Shown here: positions 9,417 through 16,588 of the stretch, one piece after another
Position numbering within the stretch: the stretch's first letter is position 1
Layout of the letters: every line of letters starts with the position of its first letter
Assembly (NCBI GenBank): GCA_025839675.1
Contig: CP104013.1
Location: forward strand, 5,550,001-5,582,000
Direction of reading: 5' to 3'
DNA length: 32,000 bases
From: Candidatus Lokiarchaeum ossiferum
Lineage (GTDB): Archaea > Asgardarchaeota > Lokiarchaeia > Sigyniarchaeales > Promethearchaeaceae
Made by a program: the position numbers and the translations under genes
The notes under the pieces: generated by a model
Databases searched by the model: none
What the model was told of the DNA's origin: nothing
The model's input: the letters and a program-made list of their open reading frames with translations, nothing else

Positions 9417-9535
9417 AATTTCCAAAAGAATAATCAATTAATCTACCAAAAAACTTTATGAATTTAATAAAAAATACCTTCTTAGTTATTTTTTGCAAGA
9501 GAATCTATTTTAATTTTAGAAAAACTAAATATATC

Positions 9536-10096
9536 ATGAACATAAGTGAAGCTAAAGAAGTACTTGGGGAAGGTTTTCAACGTGACGCAGATTTTATCAC
9601 AAAAATCCTCGATACGTTGGTACTCTCACCAAAACAAAGAATATTGGATATAGGAACGGGACGCGGATTTATGGCAATCCATCTTGCATTAAAAGGGTTA
9701 AATGTTGAATCTGGGGAGCCAGAAAAAGATAATTGGGCCGATTGGCGGACAAATGCTAAAATGGTTAAGGTGCAAAACAAAATTCATTTTACGCCTTTTA
9801 GTGCTACTGCAATTCCATTTGAGAATGATTTCTTTGATTACGTCTTTCTAAGTAATTCATTTCATCATATTGACGAAAAACAAAAGGCTTTAAATGAAAT
9901 TAACCGGGTACTAAAAGATTCTGGAAAGATTGTGATTCTTGAATTCAATAAAAAAGGGGTAGAACGTGTTCGATCCCAAAGGCCAAACCATCCCGATGCT
10001 GTAGATCCTCTAACTATTCCTGTAGATTTTGAGGTTACAAGTGAAATTATCGAAGAAGAGTTCAGCAATGCATATATCTTTACTGTTCACAAGTAA
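9536..10096 (+). CDS. Class I SAM-dependent methyltransferase
   Basis: Motif I ILDIGTGRGFMAIHLA, post-I acidic residue, motif FDYVFLSNSFHH, GKIVILEF. I prefer the ATG at 9536 over the track start 9458, which would leave only 20 bp to the divergent gene. Confidence 0.75.
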   Translation: MNISEAKEVLGEGFQRDADFITKILDTLVLSPKQRILDIGTGRGFMAIHLALKGLNVESGEPEKDNWADWRTNAKMVKVQNKIHFTPFSATAIPFENDFFDYVFLSNSFHHIDEKQKALNEINRVLKDSGKIVILEFNKKGVERVRSQRPNHPDAVDPLTIPVDFEVTSEIIEEEFSNAYIFTVHK

Positions 10097-10097
10097 A

Positions 10098-11048
10098 TTA
10101 ATCCTTACACCATTCGCGCATTGAAAAACTCATTTTTTCCAACTCCGGATCAATTAACTGTCGAAATTTCCCATTGACCACATTGAAAATGGAAGGAGAT
10201 ATTTTTTCTAAATGGGCTCTCGCCTCTAAAACGTTTGCTTTAAAATTTTCTTCTCCTAAACCGAACACCATCATTACAGGAAAAACTTCCATTTGTCCGG
10301 GACCAATTGAAGGGATGTGCCATTGTAAACCAACTGCACATTCGGCAGGTCCTTTTCTATTGCAATCTTTTAAATTTAATCTCTCTGGTGTAATCAAAAG
10401 ATCTTGTGGGGCATTACACTCGAAATGTGTTGGGATGTTATCGTTTATTGTCCCAATACCGACAATGGGACTTAGTTGTTTCCCTTCCTGGGCATCATAT
10501 TGAAATGCAATATTCAATTTTTCATCGTACTCGGCGCTATCTGTTTTATATCCTTCTTCTCCATTAATATCAAAATCATAAAACTGATAGAAATTAAAAT
10601 TCCTAAGAGGATCATGAGTTGAATTCCTGAAAGAGTAGAACATTAGAATATATGGTTTATCATGATAACGATAAATATCAACGTATTCTAACACTCTGGG
10701 ATCAGGACGTTCTGGTTGAATTTTTTTTTTAACAATTTCGGGGTGATATTGAGGAGAATAGAGATAAGTAAAACGAGTTATTGTGCTATCATTGTTGCGC
10801 TTTGCATTAATCATTGTAAATAGAGGTGTTTTCTGAGCCACCCCCAAATGATGTGAGTTTTCTAAACTGCGAATTAAAATTGGAATTTCCTTATATTCAA
10901 AGGCGATACATGGACCATTCAAATATCTCGTAGGGATATCCATGACTGTTCGATTTTTGTATTTAATAGTTTTGAAAGTATATCCAAAAGAATAGCCTTT
11001 TTCCTTACAGTTAACGCAAACTGTTTCGTAATCAACAAGAACATCCAT
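10098..11048 (-). CDS. Hypothetical protein; weak resemblance to the non-catalytic N-terminal beta-sandwich domain of GH15 glucoamylase/trehalase-type proteins
   Basis: 316-aa ORF with ATG start, 64 bp downstream of the GTPase gene on the same strand. NFNFYQFYDFDINGEEGYKTDSAEYDEKLNIAFQY and ECAVGLQWHIPSIGPGQMEVFPVMMVFG recall the GH15 N-domain pattern as I remember it. There is no (alpha/alpha)6 catalytic domain. The functional call is low confidence. Confidence 0.7.
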   Translation of the reverse strand: MDVLVDYETVCVNCKEKGYSFGYTFKTIKYKNRTVMDIPTRYLNGPCIAFEYKEIPILIRSLENSHHLGVAQKTPLFTMINAKRNNDSTITRFTYLYSPQYHPEIVKKKIQPERPDPRVLEYVDIYRYHDKPYILMFYSFRNSTHDPLRNFNFYQFYDFDINGEEGYKTDSAEYDEKLNIAFQYDAQEGKQLSPIVGIGTINDNIPTHFECNAPQDLLITPERLNLKDCNRKGPAECAVGLQWHIPSIGPGQMEVFPVMMVFGLGEENFKANVLEARAHLEKISPSIFNVVNGKFRQLIDPELEKMSFSMREWCKD

Positions 11049-11112
11049 ATTCCTTCATATGCTATAATGGAAAATCCAATAAAAAGAAATGAGTTTTAAA
11101 AAAACGTGTTAT

Positions 11113-12090
11113 TTAAAGTGTTTCACAGAACTTGTAGCCAGCATATTGAAAAGCATCGTCTACATTGTCTCCGGTTTTAGCTGAAGTTAAAATATAACCG
11201 CATTTAAGTTCATCAGCTTTCAATTTTATTTCTTCTTCTGTAACTTCAATGTTTTGGAGATCTATTTTATTGCCTAAAATGAAATAATTAATATTCTTCT
11301 TCATAACGGATTTGGCATCTTCCACCCATTTATCAATATTCTCAAAGGTTTTTTTTCTCGTCATATCACAAACAAGGAAGCATTGATTTGCTCCAAAATA
11401 AAATCGTTTCGTGAAGGGTGCAGCCGATGCATGTTTCATCTGTCCCGCTATGTCCCAAATTGCCAGATTTATTTTACATTCTTTGTTTAATTCGACAAGT
11501 TTCCGAGAAATATCTACTCCAATTGTACTAATATATGAATCTGCAAACTTATTGTCGACGAATCTTCGAATCAAACTTGTTTTCCCTACGGCAGGATCTC
11601 CTAACACAATTATTTTTGAGTTATATTCTCCTTTTGGAAGTTTTCCGCCCCTCATCTTGGCTAAAACACTCACAATAGCTGGGATCGATATGTCGACTTC
11701 TTCTCCTTTCAAAATATGTTTTATTTTTCGAGCAACATGCTCACCATATACTTTTAGTTGATTATCATCTGCCTTCAAATCTGCTATCAATGTTAAAATA
11801 GCGTTCTCGCCTGCATCAGCAAAAACAAATTTTTTATTCTCCACAGACATAATACTTACAAAACTCTCTGTGGACCCAAAATCCTTTTTAACTCGATTTA
11901 TAAAAGTATCAAAAACCGCCGTAACAGTGCCAATAATGTCTTCTTCTGCTGCCGGATCCCTCAACATGCTTGCAATGATTAAACCATCATGATCCACAAT
12001 TGCTGCAGCTGTAATTTCTTCAATCGTTTGCATGATGTTAGAAATTAAACTGCTAAATAATTCATGGGTGCTCATTTTTCTTAAATCCAT
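11113..12090 (-). CDS. Roadblock/LC7 (MglB-like) domain fused to a Rab/Ras-like small GTPase
   Basis: Residues ~10-125 (ITAAAIVDHDGLIIASML..FVSIMSVENKKFVFADAGENAILTLIAD) fit Robl_LC7. The G domain starts at ~aa 158: G1 GDPAVGKT, G2 YISTIGVD, G3 WDIAGQ, G4 GNKIDL, G5 TSAKTG. Confidence 0.85.
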   Translation of the reverse strand: MDLRKMSTHELFSSLISNIMQTIEEITAAAIVDHDGLIIASMLRDPAAEEDIIGTVTAVFDTFINRVKKDFGSTESFVSIMSVENKKFVFADAGENAILTLIADLKADDNQLKVYGEHVARKIKHILKGEEVDISIPAIVSVLAKMRGGKLPKGEYNSKIIVLGDPAVGKTSLIRRFVDNKFADSYISTIGVDISRKLVELNKECKINLAIWDIAGQMKHASAAPFTKRFYFGANQCFLVCDMTRKKTFENIDKWVEDAKSVMKKNINYFILGNKIDLQNIEVTEEEIKLKADELKCGYILTSAKTGDNVDDAFQYAGYKFCETL

Positions 12091-12120
12091 TTATTTTAAT
12101 CCTTTGTATTGCTATAAACT

Positions 12121-14220
12121 TTATTCATTACTCCCTTGTGAATTCTTATAATAGAAATTTAAATTTTGCTTTTTTATTGAGTTTTCTCGATTAAAACGAC
12201 CAATTCTAACAAATGTTTCCAACCATATACCTAATTTTCCTACCATCATTCCCCAAAACCGACGATTGTGAAAACCATCATGCCTCGAAGCTATGGTACG
12301 GGGAAAATATTTGATTATTCTCTTTGGTCGATCAAACTGATCAAAAAGACCTCTGGTGTCATATAAATGTTTTGAATTTGCTTTCTCTTGAATTATTCGA
12401 TGATCTCGAAAATTGGCTAAAAACCAACCTGCAACAAAAGGCTTAGCGTTATAGAGTTGAATTTGCTTAAGCACATGTCTTAATGGATGCTCATTTGATT
12501 CATTCTTGTATGATAATCCAAATTCTGTAATTATTATGGGTTTTTGGTAAGAAGAATAAAACATGGTTTCCAAATACAAGTTAATGATTGAAGGTAATGA
12601 TTTTTGTCTATTTCTTGGAAAAACTATTCCTGTGCAGTCCGTATTCTTGCTTACGGTGTTTTTCGTTATTCGTTCAGTAGGGTTGATGATTAAACGCGTA
12701 GGATCGCTCTGTCTAATATAATCTATCAATTGATTCAAAAATTGATTACAATTTCGGTTTTCGATTGGTAATTTATATCCAATTGACCAACAAATTATGG
12801 AGGGATTATTGAAATCTCGCATTAAAATGGCGTCAATGGCTTGTTTTACTAAAATCTTGGAAGTTTTTAATGCAAAATTGATATTTCCATAAAACGGGAG
12901 TTCTTCAACTATTAACATGCCTTCTTCATCAGCTATCTCGCATAACGAAATATCGTGAGGATAATGTCCTGTCTTTATTGCATTGAACCCTAATGCTTTA
13001 ATGTTTAAAATATCTCGTCTTCTCACTTTTTTAGGAATTGCTCGTCCCCATTTATCACTTTCTTCATGGAGATTTATACCTCTTAGTGTAATTGGATGGT
13101 TATTCAGGTAAATATGTTCCTTAATTCGTTTGATCTCCCGTATTCCAAAGCGAATGAACTTATCTTCATCTATTCCATGAAGTTGAAGAACTAATTCATA
13201 TAAATCTGGATGATCAGGTGTCCAGAGAGCGGGTTTTTTCACATTTATTTGAAACGAGTTTGATAGTTTTTCTTCTTCTTGAAATTTAAATAATCCATCA
13301 TCTGTCTCAGAGAAATCTCCTTGTAATTTTGTTGGTTTCTCAGAAATTGACATCTTTGCATCCGAATATTCTTCCCGACCGGAGAAATATGTTTCCAAAT
13401 CAATGGGTTCATCAAAAGATTCTTCTGAAATTAATATATCCGAGAAATATCCCGATAGAGCTTGGGGATCATGAGCAATTTTTTCTAAGGGTTTTAAAGA
13501 TTCTGGATTAATATCTTGAATACCTGTTTGGATCAAAACTTTGTTAGATTGGCGAGCTCCCCCAAAAATTCTTCCTAAGTAAAATAGTTCGTACTCTATT
13601 TGAGGCTCTTTTTGTTCTGCATAACATCGATCTAAAAATTCTTGAGGATTTTTAAGTATATAATCTACTTTAATGGTTGCAAAATCAGCCGATCGATTTG
13701 GGATGGAAGATTGAATTTTAATTTGTTTCACTCGGGTTTTTTCCAAAACAAGAAGTTGCACTCTTCGATAAATACCACTCCAATTAAACCACGGTATATT
13801 GTTACTTGGAATCCCATTTGGGCTTAAGGATGTATCCACACGAACTGTTAGAAAATTGTCATGGGAAAAGGATAACATTTTTGGGGTAAAACCAAAGCGA
13901 AATGGAAAAAATCCTCCCTCATGTGAACCAATTTTGTATCCGTTCAACCAAACCTCTGCAAAATTATTCACTCCTTCAAATTCTATTGAATACTCGTGAG
14001 ATTTTGGGCGATAGGGCATTTCTGGAAGTTTTAAATAATACCAAATCACTCCTCCAAATTGTTCTAAGCCCTTGATTATGTTTATGTTGGATGGAATCGT
14101 TATTTTTCTTCCCTTGTTCATATTTTTTTCGATCCAAGTGGAAGAAAACCACCGTTGTTCATTTCCTTCATTGTTTTCATCAATGAAAAAGGTCCATGTT
14201 CCATCTAAGTTAATGTCCAA
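12121..14220 (-). CDS. Glycoside hydrolase family 2-like protein (beta-glucuronidase/galactosidase-type) with divergent acid/base motif
   Basis: GH2 sugar-binding domain: DGTWTF..IWYYLKL..FEGVNNFAEVWLNGYKIGSHEGGFFPF. Ig-like domain end: ALWTPDHPDLYEL. TIM barrel: GFNAIKTGHYPHD, PIIITEFG, TRGLFDQFDRPK. The start codon is TTG with a GAGG-like motif about 9 nt upstream and no in-frame ATG upstream. Confidence 0.8.
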   Translation of the reverse strand: MDINLDGTWTFFIDENNEGNEQRWFSSTWIEKNMNKGRKITIPSNINIIKGLEQFGGVIWYYLKLPEMPYRPKSHEYSIEFEGVNNFAEVWLNGYKIGSHEGGFFPFRFGFTPKMLSFSHDNFLTVRVDTSLSPNGIPSNNIPWFNWSGIYRRVQLLVLEKTRVKQIKIQSSIPNRSADFATIKVDYILKNPQEFLDRCYAEQKEPQIEYELFYLGRIFGGARQSNKVLIQTGIQDINPESLKPLEKIAHDPQALSGYFSDILISEESFDEPIDLETYFSGREEYSDAKMSISEKPTKLQGDFSETDDGLFKFQEEEKLSNSFQINVKKPALWTPDHPDLYELVLQLHGIDEDKFIRFGIREIKRIKEHIYLNNHPITLRGINLHEESDKWGRAIPKKVRRRDILNIKALGFNAIKTGHYPHDISLCEIADEEGMLIVEELPFYGNINFALKTSKILVKQAIDAILMRDFNNPSIICWSIGYKLPIENRNCNQFLNQLIDYIRQSDPTRLIINPTERITKNTVSKNTDCTGIVFPRNRQKSLPSIINLYLETMFYSSYQKPIIITEFGLSYKNESNEHPLRHVLKQIQLYNAKPFVAGWFLANFRDHRIIQEKANSKHLYDTRGLFDQFDRPKRIIKYFPRTIASRHDGFHNRRFWGMMVGKLGIWLETFVRIGRFNRENSIKKQNLNFYYKNSQGSNE

Positions 14221-14306
14221 AAAATCATCCCTCGTTATGCAAAATGTTTGTTGTTGTTCCTATTAAATTAGTAGGTAATGGTTTAAAAAAATTGAGCGAA
14301 AATGTG

Positions 14307-14315
14307 AAAAAAAAA
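14307..14315 (-). terminator. Minus-strand T9 run 13 nt after the ATPase stop (a further T7 at 14285-14291)
   Basis: Plus-strand A9 at 14307-14315 and A7 at 14285-14291 lie in the 108-bp gap between the ATPase stop (14329) and the GH2-like start (14220). Confidence 0.45.
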
Positions 14316-14328
14316 GCATCAGCATCTT

Positions 14329-16209
14329 TTAATCCGCTGAAGGTTGATCGGGAGATGGTTCGGATGGTGCATCTTCTGGATTGCCTTCCTCAGCTTCAGG
14401 GGCAGGCATCTCCCAAGGCGCCATTGGAGGTTCATAATCTGCCATCTCTCCAAGTATTTGTTCTGCAATGATTTTTCCTTCTTTGGAAGGTTGTTTTATG
14501 GCTTGTTGAATCAAAAATTTGGCCGATTCTTCATTAAATTCATATTTAAACATTTTTCCTTCATTCTGGGATAATAGGGATGTATATTTTGCCCCACCAG
14601 TCCCTTCAGGAACAATTAATAAGGCGACATCTACTGAATTTGTTGAGATTGCTTGGGTTAACCGTTTTGCGGCATAAAATGCTGCTACTCCTCCGCTTTT
14701 ATCAAAAGACTTGACTGCGGGGATTTCCAATCCGTATTTTTTCCCTTCAAACTCGATCACTCCTGCCAAACTATAGGATCGTTTTCCGACTTGAAATTTG
14801 AAATCCATATCAATATTGATCTTTTTATTAAACTTCTCGGCTAACACTTTAATGGATTTCAAGGCTGCTCCTGCTACAGATGCGGGATTCGCTTCGATGG
14901 TGTAATCCTCATCCTTCATCATTTCTTCGATCTTATCAATTATCGATTTCTCTTCTTTCGTGCTTGGCGCTGTAGCTGGCACGGCATCGGGAATTGCTGT
15001 GGTTGTTCCGACTGGCACTGCATCGGATTTGCCTGATTGAATGACCTCTTCCAACGTCATCTCATCATACACGATTTTATCGACAAATAATCGGATTAAT
15101 TTAATGATGGATCGTTGGTTGCCATCTGTTTTATCAAAAATGACTTTCAAGACCTGTTCATTCAACGGAAAGAGTGGATAAATTGGCGGGTTTAGGTTAT
15201 TTTTTGCCCAGAAATATTCCATCGCTTTAGCAAAATAGAGTTTTAAATCATCAAACTTGAAAAATTCCAATTCTCGTTCTTGTTCCATCCTAGATTTCAT
15301 GGCTTGATCGGCGGTTTCCAAAACTCGCGGCCAGATTTCTTTTAATACTGCAAGCACAATTACAACATTTTTAACATTATTATATACTTGTTTTAAGGTT
15401 TCTAAGAACTTCTGTTCTGCTTCTGGTCCGTGCATCCTGTAGGGACTCTCTAACTCATCAAAATAAAGAACTATTGAACGTCCTGCATTTTCGCAAATAA
15501 GTTTAATCATTGCTAGGCAGACATCATCGGATTCGATCACGGTGTTGATACCGAGGACATCGAGTTCATCTTCATCGAGGTCTTCGCCAAGCAACCATCG
15601 TTCCGCGAGGCCTTGTCGTTCTTTATCAAGGGCAAAAATACAAAGGGATTTAACGCAATCGGCGAAAATACCGGGGTATTCACGAATTCCGTTCTGGATG
15701 GTTTCTTCTAAATCTTGGCCACCGAAGATACCGAGTTTTTTCTTTTTATGACCTCCCCAGCGGGTAACAAGGTTATCCGAAACAACGGTGAGGATATCGG
15801 CGGTAAGTTCATCCAATAAACAGGTATAAACATGTAATAAGATACGGACAGCGGCAGGGGGGCTGGGGACATAGACAATAGTCCATTGTTCGGGATAATT
15901 ACCTGCGACATTGGCGTCTTCCTGATCTTCTTGCGTTAATCGGCGTTCAATACTTTTATAAGCCCAATAGGCGTGAGTTTTACCGGTACCGGCAGAACCA
16001 AGGATAGGAAGCATGCGGGCGGAGGAATCGGATTGAGTTTGTCGAATGGATCGGAATAAATAGCGATCGATATTAATCCGGGGGCCTGGAATGTCTACGG
16101 TATCTTCCATTTTTCCACGGGCGACAAATCTATCAAAGGGGGTGGTGCCATCCCGCAAAACATCAAGATATAATTCTTGCTCGTCTTCATTCATTTGAGA
16201 AAATGCCAT
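14329..16209 (-). CDS. P-loop (AAA+-like) ATPase with unclassified C-terminal domain and acidic Pro-rich tail
   Basis: Walker A GSAGTGKTH, Walker B IVLYFDELE. A lid-like segment, FDKTDGNQRSIIKLIRLF, resembles the GDAR sensor-2 region of Orc1/Cdc6-type AAA+ proteins. Then come a low-complexity linker (AVPVGTTTAIPDAVPATAPS), a ~170-aa C-terminal domain, and the tail EPPMAPWEMPAPEAEEGNPEDAPSEPSPDQPSAD. Confidence 0.75.
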   Translation of the reverse strand: MAFSQMNEDEQELYLDVLRDGTTPFDRFVARGKMEDTVDIPGPRINIDRYLFRSIRQTQSDSSARMLPILGSAGTGKTHAYWAYKSIERRLTQEDQEDANVAGNYPEQWTIVYVPSPPAAVRILLHVYTCLLDELTADILTVVSDNLVTRWGGHKKKKLGIFGGQDLEETIQNGIREYPGIFADCVKSLCIFALDKERQGLAERWLLGEDLDEDELDVLGINTVIESDDVCLAMIKLICENAGRSIVLYFDELESPYRMHGPEAEQKFLETLKQVYNNVKNVVIVLAVLKEIWPRVLETADQAMKSRMEQERELEFFKFDDLKLYFAKAMEYFWAKNNLNPPIYPLFPLNEQVLKVIFDKTDGNQRSIIKLIRLFVDKIVYDEMTLEEVIQSGKSDAVPVGTTTAIPDAVPATAPSTKEEKSIIDKIEEMMKDEDYTIEANPASVAGAALKSIKVLAEKFNKKINIDMDFKFQVGKRSYSLAGVIEFEGKKYGLEIPAVKSFDKSGGVAAFYAAKRLTQAISTNSVDVALLIVPEGTGGAKYTSLLSQNEGKMFKYEFNEESAKFLIQQAIKQPSKEGKIIAEQILGEMADYEPPMAPWEMPAPEAEEGNPEDAPSEPSPDQPSAD

Positions 16210-16588
16210 TTTTTTTTTTCACTTCACGTAATGTAAGTAACTTCTCTTTTACTATTATAAATATATTACCTTCCTTCCTCTATAATTGTTTTGGCCTAAA
16301 AGAAAAAGGATAAGCTTTGAAAGACAGTATTTTTTTTGGGGAACGATACAATTCAACGATGAACAATTTTTGATGTAGATGAAATGACAAGGAATTATTT
16401 TAAATTGAGTTTTTTTTATTTAGAAGAAAAAACATTTCCACCAATCCCTTAAAGAAATGAAATATAGGAAGAATTGGTGAGAGAAAGAATGAAATGCGGA
16501 GAGTACAAAAAGATCTGATGTAGGTGAAGACCAATAATTATAGAAGAATAAAAAAAAGAAATATTCATTTAAAGAATATTTTTTGGTA

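Noticed and set aside
11113-11127. The C-terminus of the Roadblock-GTPase reads C-E-T-L-stop, which is positionally a CaaX prenylation box
   Set aside because: The two middle residues (E, T) are not aliphatic. No prenyltransferase is visible here. A Cys four residues from the end is easily chance, so it is not usable as evidence of lipidation.
10174-11761. Plus-strand ORFs 10174..10503 and 11411..11761
   Set aside because: They are antisense shadows of the 316-aa protein and GTPase genes, with no recognisable motifs.
13329-14266. Several 60-66 aa plus-strand ORFs within the GH2-like gene
   Set aside because: They are short antisense ORFs inside a gene with GH2 motifs throughout.
14244-15911. 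ORFs 14244..14471, 14344..14574, 15542..15751 and 15708..15911 overlapping the ATPase gene
   Set aside because: They coincide with the GC-rich patches, where stop codons are rare in all frames. Their translations are Ser/Arg/Pro-rich low complexity.
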